A stretch of 64,000 nucleotides of DNA, taken from assembly GCA_963789265.1 (NCBI GenBank), contig CAWBKB010000007.1:160001-224000 (forward strand), in the 5' to 3' direction. A program made the translations under genes and the position numbers. A model generated the notes under the pieces. That model ran no database searches. It was not told where the DNA came from and worked only from the letters and a program-made list of their open reading frames with translations. Source of the stretch: an uncultured delta proteobacterium. GTDB taxonomy: Bacteria > Desulfobacterota > Desulfomonilia > Desulfomonilales > Desulfomonilaceae. This document shows, piece after piece, positions 45,445 through 56,320 of the stretch. How positions within the stretch are numbered: position 1 is the stretch's first letter; each line of letters opens with the position of its first letter.

Positions 45445-46454
45445 ACAGCGTCGACCGGATCAAGGCCGCGGTGAATTTCGACCCGCCCGATTACGTGCCG
45501 GTGATCGCTCAGGTTTTCGGCCATGCCGCGACTTTGGCTGGGATTCCCCTGGGCGATTATGTCAAAAGTGGCAAACTGTTGGCGCGTTGTCAGATTCAAG
45601 CCCTGAAACACTATGACTACGATGCGGTCTTTGCTTTGATGGATGCGAATGTTGAAACTGAGGCCGCGGGCTCTGCCCTGACCTATCGAGCTGACCGGTA
45701 TCCAAGTGTCGCGACTTATGCTTTTTCGGATGGAACTAACCTGGACAGAGCAGAGGTACCTGATCCGCACCGAGCGGGGCGCATGCCGGAATTGCTGGAA
45801 GCCGCCGGGATTCTGCGCCGAGAGGTGGGCGATGATGTGCTTGTTGTGGGCTGCGTGTTAGGACCCATGACCCTGGCAACACAACTGCTCGGCATCGAAG
45901 CGACCCTCTATTTGGCCGCGGACGATCCGGAACGATTCTCCTGTTTGCTTGACTTTGCCACCGAAATTGCCATTCGGTTCGGCATTTCACAGATCGAAGC
46001 CGGCGCGCATCTACCCATAGTTTTCAACCCGTCGGCCTCGCCCGCTGTTATTCCGTATCAATTCTTCCGCGAAATTGAACTGCCTCGTCTCAGGAAAGTC
46101 TTCGCAGCCTTTAAGCTGGCTGGGGCTGCGGCCAACTGGCTTCATGTTGCGGGGCCGGCCGAGCCTATCCTATCCCTTTATCCTCAGGCCGGGGTGGACA
46201 TCGCGAATATTGATTACGAGGTTGATCCGGAGGATGCCCGGAGAGCGCTTCCACAGACTTGCCTCAATGGCAACATCAAACCCCTGGCCTTTGTTGAGGC
46301 GACTCCTGATGTGATTGCCGATGAGTCTTCCAGATTGATGAATCTTTTCGGAGATCGTGGAGGCTTTATCATGTCGTCCGGTTGTGAGATTCCGCCGGAA
46401 TCAAGACCTGAAAATATTTCCGCTATGGTTGCGGCAGCGAGAGAGAGAATGTAA
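45441..46454 (+). CDS. MT2 / UROD-family methyltransferase (MtaA/CmuA-like)
   Basis: GRMP, GPMTLA, GNI.P, GFIMSSGCEIP; ATGA overlap with the corrinoid protein. Confidence 0.85.
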   Translation: MNSVDRIKAAVNFDPPDYVPVIAQVFGHAATLAGIPLGDYVKSGKLLARCQIQALKHYDYDAVFALMDANVETEAAGSALTYRADRYPSVATYAFSDGTNLDRAEVPDPHRAGRMPELLEAAGILRREVGDDVLVVGCVLGPMTLATQLLGIEATLYLAADDPERFSCLLDFATEIAIRFGISQIEAGAHLPIVFNPSASPAVIPYQFFREIELPRLRKVFAAFKLAGAAANWLHVAGPAEPILSLYPQAGVDIANIDYEVDPEDARRALPQTCLNGNIKPLAFVEATPDVIADESSRLMNLFGDRGGFIMSSGCEIPPESRPENISAMVAAARERM

Positions 46455-46595
46455 CTCAGTGAGCTTTAAAGCAAGCCACGCGAAAAGTTGATTTCCCCTC
46501 CTTTTTAATGGGAGGCAGAGGAGTTTTTTGGGATAACCTATTGAAAATCCCCCTTTAGAGAAGGGGGACTTTGAGGGCCTGACGGGACGCCTGAG

Positions 46596-48261
46596 GTGCC
46601 CACGACCGAAGCAACCAGCTCTAAATTAATGCCTGTGGGAGGTAATACTCTGCCGACCCTGACCATCAAATCGGAAAAAATCGAACGTCGTATCCCGTTT
46701 GACCCCGGAGCATCCTTGCGTGAAATCCTGGACGAGGCCGACGTGCGGGTTCGTGCAGGATGCAAAGGGACTGGTGCATGCGGTCTGTGTCTCGTGCGGA
46801 TTGAAGCCGGACGAGTCGGTGCACCGGGGCCGAATGAGAATACCCATCTGGATAGCTCACAACTTGCTCAGGGCATTCGATTGGCCTGCCAAGTAATTCC
46901 CGAGCAAGATTTGCAGATTGTGATCCTTGCCCCAGCTCCCAAAGCGGATTGGAAAAGCCTTCCCCAAGGAGACAGACGACGTAACGGTCGAGGCCGCGCC
47001 TTCCCACTGGGAGATGCGCCGACAGACGTGAAAGAACCTTATGGTGTGGCAGTGGATCTGGGCACAAGTCACCTAAGTCTTTCGCTGCTCGATCTTGCCG
47101 GCGGCGAATGCCTGGCAGGGCGTTATGGCCCCAACCCTCAGATGCTTTTCGGTTCAGATGTCATGACACGGCTTATCACCGCGTCTGAGTCTTCCCAGCA
47201 GGCGCAGGTGATGAGCCGACAAATCGTCATAGCAATAGGCGAAGCACTGTTGGATATCGCCTCCAGAGAGGGGATCGATCTTCAACGAGTGGTGAGGCTT
47301 GCTCTGGTCGGAAACACTGCAATGCTGGCACTGTTGTCAGGGCGAAATTACAGTCGGTTGATTCAACCGAGCCACTGGACCAAAGCCGTCGATTGTCTGC
47401 CTCAAAACACGGAAACGTGGGCTGAAGCTTGGGGCATTCATCCCAAGGCGAGCATACAGGTCATCCCGCCTCTGGCCGGCTTTGTGGGCTCCGATTTGCT
47501 GGCGGGCGTGGTTACGACCCGCCTGACTGAAGACGGAGTCGGCTGCCTTCTCATTGATTTCGGCGCCAATTCCGAGATAGCCCTGTGGGACGGACAAGCC
47601 TTGTGGGTCACCTCTGCCGCTGGGGGGCCTGCCTTTGAACGGAGTGGCATCGAATGCGGACTGCCCGCGGAAACGGGAGCCATTTATAGGGTACAGCGTG
47701 CAGCAGAATGGAATGCTTAATTTTGCAGTCATCGGCGACCAACAAGCGCGCGGCATCTGCGGTTCGGGCTTGGTAGATCTGATTGCCAACCTGGTCAGGA
47801 CAGGTAGATTGACTAACATGGGCCGGTTCACACCGTCTGTTCCGGGAAACGAATTTACGCTCGTGCGAGGTGAGCCGGACATCATTCTGACCAAGAGGGG
47901 TGTAGACGTTTTTCAGCGCGGCAAAGCAGCCATTGGGGCAGGCGTGCATGTATTGCTGAAGCAGGCGGGCATGAGGTACAAGGATTTGCAGCGAATTTGC
48001 GTCGGCGGCGCTTTCGGCAGTTTCCTGGATATCGCCAACGCCCAGGAGATCGGGTTGCTGCCCAAGATTCAACCAGAGCTTGTGGAGCTTCACGGAAACA
48101 CGGCATTGGCCGGTTGCGAAGACGCGATACTGTCACACTTGGCTTCTCAACGTCTCGCGAACCTCAGAGATCGCCTAAAAGTTATCAATTTATCGCAGTG
48201 TCTCAATTTTGACGACATATTCTTGGAGCATTTGTACCTCCAACCGTCGCAAGGAGAGTGA
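46596..48261 (+). CDS. ASKHA-family corrinoid reductive activator (RACo/RamA-like) with [2Fe-2S] domain (frameshift near 47690)
   Basis: CKGTGACGLC...RLAC, AVDLGTS, NPQ..FGSDV, GFVGSD, AAGGPAFE, GICGSG, GGAFG, GNTALAG. Confidence 0.9.
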
Positions 48262-50004
48262 GCTACGGATACCGGATCTCCAGGACAGGCGAATTATCTT
48301 GATGCCTTTATCAAGACCGCCCAATACCTCGCCGGCTTGACGATCCAACAGGATTTGTGGATCGAGACGGGAAAACTTCTGGTCAATTTTTGGGGAGCGG
48401 ATCTAGGCGCCTTTGGAGAACGCCTTACAAACGGGGAAATAGTAATTCGCCCTTGGATCTTCTCGGATGAGTTTTCCAAACGAATGGACTTTGCATCAGA
48501 GGCCCAGGAAAGTGTCGCCGAGGTACTGGATGGTGGTTTCCTAACATGGCGAATAATTTCGTCTTCGCCGGAAACGCTGGTGGTAGCCTTCTTGCCGGTC
48601 ACCGGGGAAAACCGGGTCATGAGAGTGTTGCTGGTGGCGCACAGGATGTCTGGACCACCTCCAAGAGATCTGCTCAATGTGTACCTAGCTCTCGCAGGTC
48701 TTGTGGGAACAACAGCCGAGCGTCTGGCTTCGGAAGCGGAACTGAGGAAACAGCGCCGGCATCTCGAGATACAGATTGCTCAACGTAAGAGTGCGGAAGA
48801 GGCTCTGCGGGAAAAAGAACAGTTTCTTACCAATATTTTTGAGAGCATCCAAGATGGTATAAGCATACTAGATAGCGAGCTGAACATTGTACGAACCAAT
48901 TCGACAATGGATCGATGGTATTCAACCTCAATGCCTCTCGTTGGCAAAAAATGCTTTGAAGCATACCATAATGCAAATCACCCTTGTGAAAAATGCCCTG
49001 TTGCTCAGGCTCTAAAGACCGGCCAAACCACCTTCGAAATTGTTCCCCGAGAAGGAGCGAAAGGTCATATTGAAGGATGGCTCGAACTGTATGCTTTTCC
49101 TCTTGTAGCTCCAGGCTCGGATCAAGTCATGGGTGTAATCGAATACTTCCGGGATATCAGTGACCGCAAGAAAGCAGAAGAAGCGCTACGTACCAGCGAA
49201 GAGCGCCATCGGGCTGAGCTTGAGCAACGAATCAAAGAACGCACCTCCGAGTTACATGTAGCCAATGAACGATTAAGGGATGAAATTACCGAGCGGAAAC
49301 GGACAGCATCTGAATTGGAACGGTCTAACGCCGAGTTGCAGCAATTTGCTTACGTCGCGTCCCATGACTTGCAAGAGCCGCTCCGCATGGTCTCAAGCTA
49401 CGTGCAGCTTCTCGATCGCCGCTACAGAGACAAACTTGATGAGGACGCGGACGAGTTTATGGCTTACGCTGTTGACGGAGCCAAACGCATGCAGGGTCTC
49501 ATTAATGGTCTGCTGCAATATTCCCGTGTAGGAACTCACGGTAAGGCTTTCGAGTCTGTTGACTGTGAAACGGTCCTGGATAAGGCGTTGGCCAACTTGC
49601 GGATGTTGCTCGCCGAATCGGGCGCGCAGGTCACCCGAGATCCTCTCCCCACAGTGGATGCGGACTTTACACAACTCTTGCAACTGTTTCAAAATCTGAT
49701 CGACAACGCTTGCAAATTTCGCGATGATGAGCCCCCTCAGATTCACATCTCCGCCGGGCAGGCGCACAATCAATGGCTCTTCTCAGTGCGTGACAACGGG
49801 ATAGGGATTGATCCGGAGTATGCGGAGAGAATATTTGTCATATTTCAACGCCTGCACAATAGAATGGAATTTCCGGGAACCGGTCTCGGGCTGGCAATTT
49901 GCAAGAAGATCGTTGAGCGCCACGGCGGCAAAATTTGGGTTGAGTCCCAAGACGGCAAGGGCACAACCTTCTACTTCACAATCCCGGAAAGAAAGGCATG
50001 CTGA
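48262..50004 (+). CDS. Cytoplasmic PAS histidine kinase (start uncertain)
   Basis: Frame is open from 48262; first start codon is TTG 48337. Unknown N-domain, Cys-rich [13 protein letters not shown], HATPase. Confidence 0.88.
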   Translation, partial: ATDTGSPGQANYLDAFIKTAQYLAGLTIQQDLWIETGKLLVNFWGADLGAFGERLTNGEIVIRPWIFSDEFSKRMDFASEAQESVAEVLDGGFLTWRIISSSPETLVVAFLPVTGENRVMRVLLVAHRMSGPPPRDLLNVYLALAGLVGTTAERLASEAELRKQRRHLEIQIAQRKSAEEALREKEQFLTNIFESIQDGISILDSELNIVRTNSTMDRWYSTSMPLVGKKCFEAYHNANHPCEKCPVAQALKTGQTTFEIVPREGAKGHIEGWLELYAFPLVAPGSDQVMGVIEYFRDISDRKKAEEALRTSEERHRAELEQRIKERTSELHVANERLRDEITERKRTASELERSNAELQQFAYVASHDLQEPLRMVSSYVQLLDRRYRDKLDEDADEFMAYAVDGAKRMQGLINGLLQYSRVGTHGKAFESVDCETVLDKALANLRMLLAESGAQVTRDPLPTVDADFTQLLQLFQNLIDNACKFRDDEPPQIHISAGQAHNQWLFSVRDNGIGIDPEYAERIFVIFQRLHNRMEFPGTGLGLAICKKIVERHGGKIWVESQDGKGTTFYFTIPERKAC

Positions 50005-50453
50005 TGTACGGTAGAAGCAACATCCACGCTATCGAGATCCTTCTGGTTGAAGATAATCCCGGTGATGTGCGCCTCACTCGAGAAGCGCTCAAAGATGGCA
50101 AGATAGTCAATAATTTGCACGTGGCCGAGGACGGCGTAGAAGCCCTCGCATATCTCAGGCGTGAGGGAAAGTTTCACGATTCGGTACGGCCGGAACTCAT
50201 TCTCCTGGACCTCAACCTCCCCAAGAAAGACGGCCGGCAAGTTTTAGCTGAAATCAAAGCGGACAAGACCTTGAAACGCATCCCCGTCGTGATCTTAACC
50301 TCTTCGGAGGCTGAACAGGACATTGTCAAGAGCTATAATCTTCACGCAAATTGCTACGTAACGAAGCCCGTCGACCTCGATCAGTTTATTAGTGTAGTAA
50401 AATCTATTGAATATTTCTGGTTATCGGTCGTTAAGCTTCCGCCGGAGGAATGA
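49998..50453 (+). CDS. Single-domain response regulator, Rcp1-type
   Basis: [29 protein letters not shown]. Confidence 0.93.
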   Translation: MLMYGRSNIHAIEILLVEDNPGDVRLTREALKDGKIVNNLHVAEDGVEALAYLRREGKFHDSVRPELILLDLNLPKKDGRQVLAEIKADKTLKRIPVVILTSSEAEQDIVKSYNLHANCYVTKPVDLDQFISVVKSIEYFWLSVVKLPPEE

Positions 50454-50454
50454 A

Positions 50455-52510
50455 ATGAGAGACGGCCCACTCCGAGTGCTACTGATCGAAGATAATCCCG
50501 GGGACGTCCGCCTAATCAAAGAAATGCTGGTTGAGGCCGGAAAGACGAACATAAGCATTGAATCCGCCGACACCTTGTCAGCCGGCCTGGACCTGCTTAC
50601 CACAGGCGATTTCGACGCAGCCCTGCTGGATCTCGGATTGCCCGACAGCCAAGGTCTCGCCACCTTGGGCAAAGTCTATGTCAGAGCCCCCGGCATCCCT
50701 ATCGTGGTTCTAACAGGCCAAGAGGATGAGGCCGTGGCGCTTGAAGCAGTAAAACAAGGAGCCCAGGATTATCTCGTCAAGGGAGAGGTGGACGAAAAGC
50801 TTCTCGTTCGGTCCATTCACTACGCGGTTGAACGGCGGCGACTCCTGGCCGAGTTGGAAATCAGCCGGGCTAGTTTCACCAGCATAGTGGAAAAGAGCGC
50901 TGACGGCATATTCGTGCTGGGAAACGACAGCTCCGTGCTCTATGCCAATCCGGCGGCGACTGAGCTGATGGGCAAGTGCGGAGAAGATCTTCTGGGCACG
51001 TACTTTCCCCTTCCCGCTGTCCCGGGCGAGAGGACGGAATTGGAAATAGCACACGGTGAAGGCGCCGCAGGCACCGGTGAAATACGAGTGAGACGCACCG
51101 ACTGGAATGGAAACCCTGCATTTTTGACCGTGTTGCGTGACATTACCAAGCGCAAACGAGCAGAGGAGGCTTTGCGCCAAAGCGAGGGAAGATTTCGTGC
51201 CATTTTCGAGAGCGCTCAGGACACCATGTTCATTAAGGATCGGCAATTGAAATACACGATGGTAAATCCTGCAATGGCGAAGCTCTTGAACCGCCCTACC
51301 TCTGAAATAGTGGGCCGCACCTCTGAAGAGATCTTTGGGCGGCAGACCGGTAAACACCTCAGAGAGGTAGACCTGCGCGTTCTGGACGGACAGACCATCG
51401 AAGAAGAGCGGGTGCGACCGATAAACGGCATCCCCCTTACCTTTCACGATGTACGAGTCCCTTTGCGAGACGGCACCGGGGTGATTGTCGGCGTGTTTGG
51501 AATAAGCCGCGACATAACCGGCCGCAAGACGGTGGAGCTTCCACACCGACAAGCTGCCGACGAATACCCGTCAAAGGCCATGAAGGCGATCATGAGGCGA
51601 GTCAGCTTCGCGGCGGAAACTGAATCCACAGTATTGCTGCTGGGAGAGAGCGGCAGCGGCAAAGACTTCCTGGCCAGATACATCCACGATCACTCCAAGC
51701 GCGCGGACGGTCCCTATTGGGCCATCAACTGCGCTGCGGTCAGCGCTCAACTTGCGGAATCGGAGCTTTTCGGCCACGAACGCGGTGCTTTCACCGGAGC
51801 GCAAAGCCGTAAGCGAGGACATTTGGAACTTGCCGAAGGCGGAACTCTGCTACTGAACGAAGTCGGGGAACTCCCCCTCCCCTTGCAGGCGAAACTGCTG
51901 ACTTTTCTTGATACCAGGCAGTTTACCCGTGTGGGCGGAGAAAAGAACATCACTGTCAATGCAAGACTCATCGCTGCCACGAATCGGGACTTGGAGAAGG
52001 AAGTCGACGCCGGATGCTTCAGACAGGACCTTTTCTATCGCCTGAATGTGCTGAGTGTCACGGTTCCTCCGCTAAGGGAGAGGCGTGAAGATATCCCAAT
52101 ACTCATTCGAGAGATGATGACGCTACTTTGCACGGACATGCAGCTCCACGAAGTTCCTACTATCGACGCGGCGACCGTGAACGTGCTGAAAAGCTACGAC
52201 TGGCCGGGGAATGTGCGAGAACTTCGCAATGTGCTGGAGAGGGCGCTGATGTTGTCGGGCGGAGAGTGTATTAGCCTCGCGGGCCTTGGATTGGATACAA
52301 ACAATGGAAATGCCAAAGACTGGTCTCTCACGGTATGTTTCCCCTCTGGAGAATCCCTGAATGACATTACTCATAATGTGAAGCGTTCTCTTGTCACAGA
52401 GGCGCTTAGGCGCTCGGGAGGCAGCAGACAGGGAGCATCACGCTTGCTGGGTATTTCGCGGGTACTCACTCAAACATTACATGAAGGCATTGGGCCTGTC
52501 GTGGGATTGA
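50455..52510 (+). CDS. Sigma-54 activator, REC-PAS-PAS-AAA+-Fis HTH (late frameshift at ~52461)
   Basis: GESGSGKD, ESELFGHERGAFTGA, WPGNVREL; corrected end GISRYSLKHYMKALGLSWD*. Confidence 0.9.
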
Positions 52511-52949
52511 GTCACGTGGCGCAGGCTTTCCAGCCTGCGTTTTCTCGATTCGGATGATAGCAGACTGGAAAGTCTGCTCCACAGGTATAAGAGCTGGCCG
52601 CACAAATAACATTCCATGTCTCGCGGGCTCTGCCCGCAAACTGGCTCTATTTTACTGTTATAGTCGAGGCAGAGCCTCGCGATAGGCATTCCCAGGCAGA
52701 GCTTGGGAACGAGAAAAACGATTCAGACGGAGAATCATGGATCGGAACTACTGACCGTCATCGAATTCTTGATGCGGAAATTATATCCCTTTTTTCCAGA
52801 TTGCCGAAACGCCTTTGCTCGTCCCAATGTCTTAAATCATGATGGCAAACGGCGGACTGGCGTCACAATTCTCGTAGAGAATAGAAGATTTCTGCTATAA
52901 GGAACCTTAAGATTTCAAGGAATCTCCTGATTGTCCCCTAAAGGAACAG

Positions 52950-54374
52950 ATGGGACAAAGGAACCTAGTGTTGAAGAGGATGTGCATGATTTTGCCGTCA
53001 GGTCTTGAACAGATCGAAGCTGAACAGCTCAGTCTTTTTAGGGTGGACAGACAGACGTATGGTCCACCGGAAAAGGACAAACCTTCGGCCTTCAGCGACC
53101 CTGCGTTTGCCAACAACAAGATAATGCCTATTCATCGATGGGTACCTTGGATAGCCGGATTCTCTGCTGATTTCGTTCGGAACGCTTTATCTAACTATTT
53201 GAATCGGAAATCAACCGTCCTTGATCCGTTTGCTGGAGTTGGTACAACTGTGGTCGAAGGGGTTATGGCGGGTCATAATGCTATAGGTTTTGAGATCAAC
53301 CCTTACGCGGCTTTGGCGTGTCGCGTCAAGGTCAACGCATCCAGGATGTCTGCAGATGCTTTAAGGAACTGCATTTTACGGTTCCAAAATTTCTATAAGC
53401 AAAAAGTCTCTGGCGCATACACTCCCGTTAGCTCCCCCCCGTTAGGCTTCCGGACCAGAGCCTCGTTTTATAGCCCGGATGTATTACACAAGGTCCTGAC
53501 AATTCAAGATTTTATAAACCTTATCGAAGAGGATGATCTTCGAGACCTGTACAAGCTCGCCTTCGCTTCCACGATGGTCCGGTACTCGAATTATTCATAT
53601 GAGCCAAGCTTGAGCAGGCGTGTAAGCGCTGGGAAAAAGGATATCGACGACTTTCCTGTAGCCCGGACGATTTTGGAAAAACTGACGGAAATGCTGGAAG
53701 ATGTTGTCTGGTGCCAAGCTCATCCCGCCAAGGATCGGGTTTTCTCCAGAATCATCAATGATTCCTTTTTCCAGTATGAGAGGCACTTGGAGGCCGAGTC
53801 GGTTGATCTGATAATTACGTCGCCACCATACCTGAACAACTATCATTACAATCGGAATACTCGACCACACTTATACTGGTTAGGATACGTCAATAGTCCC
53901 AGAGACATGATACCCTTGGAGCAAGCAAACTTCGGCAAGTACTGGCAAACTGTTCGAGATGCTGAGAGAGTCGACTTGGACTTTTCCGCGCCGGATACCG
54001 ATCTAGCCGAACAGATTGAATTTCTGAGGACTCTTAATCCTGAAAAAGGAGTGTACGGTGGCAATGGCTGGGCCAACTACGCTGCATCATACTTTAATGA
54101 TTGTTACAAGTTTGCAAATGGCATCCGCTATGCGCTCAGACGCGGAGGTACGGCCTTAGTTGTCATCGGAAACAGTATATTACAGGGGACATTGATCGCA
54201 ACAGATCGGCATTTCGGCAAAATAGCCGAGTCCATCGGACTGGAATTGACCAATATTCACGTGCCGCGACCAACAAGAGTCGGAAATAGCATCATACAAT
54301 CGGAAGTCCGTGTAAAGAAAGCTAAGAGCTCTCATCAATTGTATGAGGCTGTAGTAGAAATCAGAAAACACTAA
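52950..54374 (+). CDS. Amino-DNA methyltransferase, probably N4-cytosine (start may be ~52980)
   Basis: Motif I LDPFAGVGTT precedes motif IV ITSPPY. Confidence 0.88.
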   Translation: MGQRNLVLKRMCMILPSGLEQIEAEQLSLFRVDRQTYGPPEKDKPSAFSDPAFANNKIMPIHRWVPWIAGFSADFVRNALSNYLNRKSTVLDPFAGVGTTVVEGVMAGHNAIGFEINPYAALACRVKVNASRMSADALRNCILRFQNFYKQKVSGAYTPVSSPPLGFRTRASFYSPDVLHKVLTIQDFINLIEEDDLRDLYKLAFASTMVRYSNYSYEPSLSRRVSAGKKDIDDFPVARTILEKLTEMLEDVVWCQAHPAKDRVFSRIINDSFFQYERHLEAESVDLIITSPPYLNNYHYNRNTRPHLYWLGYVNSPRDMIPLEQANFGKYWQTVRDAERVDLDFSAPDTDLAEQIEFLRTLNPEKGVYGGNGWANYAASYFNDCYKFANGIRYALRRGGTALVVIGNSILQGTLIATDRHFGKIAESIGLELTNIHVPRPTRVGNSIIQSEVRVKKAKSSHQLYEAVVEIRKH

Positions 54375-54986
54375 TCACGTAAAGTGGCCTAGCACCTCCT
54401 CAACAATTCTTTCCAGCGACGGTGCGGTTCCGGTCAAGCGATCCGCCCATGGTCTTCCTGGATGGAGAACATCCCACTCCGATTTTGCTTGATTGTACCT
54501 CCCCGCTCCAGGATCATGATTGCCGAAGCCATCGACAACCGTATTCCAGATAGGGGCAAATCTTCTAATAAGTTCTGCCTCAACCGCCCCGATCAGGTCA
54601 CTTTCAATGCCTCGAAGAATCATGAACCTGCAACGGAACTGGACGACCTGCAGGTTTGATGCCTGTGCAATGTTCCGAGCATGTTGTTTCAGTCTATTGA
54701 ACAAGGTTGAGCCTTCGCTTTGAGCAGTCTTACCGGTTCGCCATCCAGCAGGGACCGTTTTGCCGACATAAATTGGCTGTGCAGACGAATCCCGATTGAG
54801 GTCGGCCAAAGCGGCGTACAACTCAAAATCACCAGCGTAGTATAAAGCATAAATCCCGCTCCCTGAGAATCGATCAGTCGGTGGTAATTCGTGGACAGGG
54901 GTATGAGTAAAAAAGCGGATGGCTTCATCTACTACTCTTTGGAATTGAGCAGACCTGAAAATATGTAAAGCCAAGTTTACGGGCAT
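54375..54986 (-). CDS. Eco29kI-family GIY-YIG restriction endonuclease
   Basis: GIYALYY...IYVGK, DGFGNHDPG.GRYNQ.KS.WDVLHPGRPWA; convergent with and abutting the MTase. Confidence 0.9.
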   Translation of the reverse strand: MPVNLALHIFRSAQFQRVVDEAIRFFTHTPVHELPPTDRFSGSGIYALYYAGDFELYAALADLNRDSSAQPIYVGKTVPAGWRTGKTAQSEGSTLFNRLKQHARNIAQASNLQVVQFRCRFMILRGIESDLIGAVEAELIRRFAPIWNTVVDGFGNHDPGAGRYNQAKSEWDVLHPGRPWADRLTGTAPSLERIVEEVLGHFT

Positions 54987-55140
54987 AACAGTGGGTCTCC
55001 GTCATCCCGGTTTGCACAGCAATAAGACCGGAATCAAAGCCATCCATAACTATCACAGATCCCGGTGAAGAGAAAACTCTGAATAGAGTCCAGACTTTTC
55101 GAAAAGATCAGTAAGGATACATGAGCGGTGCGCACGAGGC

Positions 55141-55959
55141 CTAACGAAGGTCGGAATGCCGATCTTCTATATACGATCTGACAAGATTCCTTCCGCTGAA
55201 ATGCCCGAGCGTGTAATAGGCTATCGCGGTTTCCCGGCCGAACAGGAGCAGTCTTATTCGGCGACGGTTCCAACCCTGCCGATATAGATCCAGTACCCGT
55301 TCCCCCAACTCTTCGAGATACTCGATCTTGCGCAGTAATTCTTCACGAGGAGAAACCCGCGTAGTGCCGCTCCCCGAAAAAAGAACCTTCACGTCCAAGT
55401 AGGTCAGTCGTTTCAGAGAATCAATGATTTGCCAGATGTTGTAATCACGCCTGAGCGCACGATCGCGGCCTCCGATATACAGATCTCCGGTGAAGAGCCA
55501 TCCTTGTTTTGCCTCGTACCGGCAGATATGCTCGGGGCTGTGGCCCGGCGTGTGAATGACGTCGAAACGATGGTGCCCGGTTTCTACATAATCTCCGATA
55601 GCCCTTGCATCTGACGGTTCCGGATAGCCCCACATGACCAATTGATACGGGCGCAGCCGCTTCATGCGCGGCTGAGTGAGTGTCGGCAGGCCTTCAGGGT
55701 GGACAAGTATCTCGCATTTGAACTTCGTCTGCAATGCCGCGTTCCCCGCAACATGATCTTCATGGCAGTGTGTATTGACAATACAGCGCACGGGCAGATC
55801 GTTCAGAGCTTGGACCAACTCAGAGACAGTATAGGCGCAACCCGTATCCACCATGAGGCCGTCAACCCAGTAGGCCGACGTGTAGTACAAGCCGCGGCCG
55901 GCCAGCGTGCGGGCCATTCGAAATTTTGTCACCTCGCCGATTTGTTCGATTTGAATCAC
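55141..55959 (-). CDS. Metallo-beta-lactamase-fold hydrolase
   Basis: THCHEDHVAG, TPGHS, FTGD. Confidence 0.9.
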   Translation of the reverse strand: MIQIEQIGEVTKFRMARTLAGRGLYYTSAYWVDGLMVDTGCAYTVSELVQALNDLPVRCIVNTHCHEDHVAGNAALQTKFKCEILVHPEGLPTLTQPRMKRLRPYQLVMWGYPEPSDARAIGDYVETGHHRFDVIHTPGHSPEHICRYEAKQGWLFTGDLYIGGRDRALRRDYNIWQIIDSLKRLTYLDVKVLFSGSGTTRVSPREELLRKIEYLEELGERVLDLYRQGWNRRRIRLLLFGRETAIAYYTLGHFSGRNLVRSYIEDRHSDLR

Positions 55960-56154
55960 GAAAGCATCCTCAAAAGCTCTCAGGACGGTAGCTTCTCAGG
56001 TGGGCGAATGATTTCGTAGCGACGATCATCCCGGCCGTCGCCATTCCCGCGTGGGAGATCAAACCGGTCTCCGAACAGCGCTAGGAACAGAGGTAAAGCA
56101 CCAGAGGAGCCACAAACTCATGCTTCAGCTTTGCCGGAAGATAAGGCGGCATTA

Positions 56155-56248
56155 CACTGCCCCAAGCGTGCAGGACCACGTCTTTCCAGTCACAGTCACT
56201 GGTGACGGGACCGATTTACTTCCCGGTGCTGTCCAAGTTCAGGGCCAT
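56155..56248 (-). pseudogene. 5' remnant of a MaoC-type dehydratase
   Basis: Manual translation MALNLDSTGK*IGPVTSDCDWKDVVLHA resembles MaoC dehydratase N-termini; internal stop. Confidence 0.45.
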
Positions 56249-56320
56249 CGCATCCCTTCCGTTCGATTTCCGAAGCACTTGAAGGATCGCAGGATGTCGA
56301 TCCGCTGATTGGTTCGCCCC

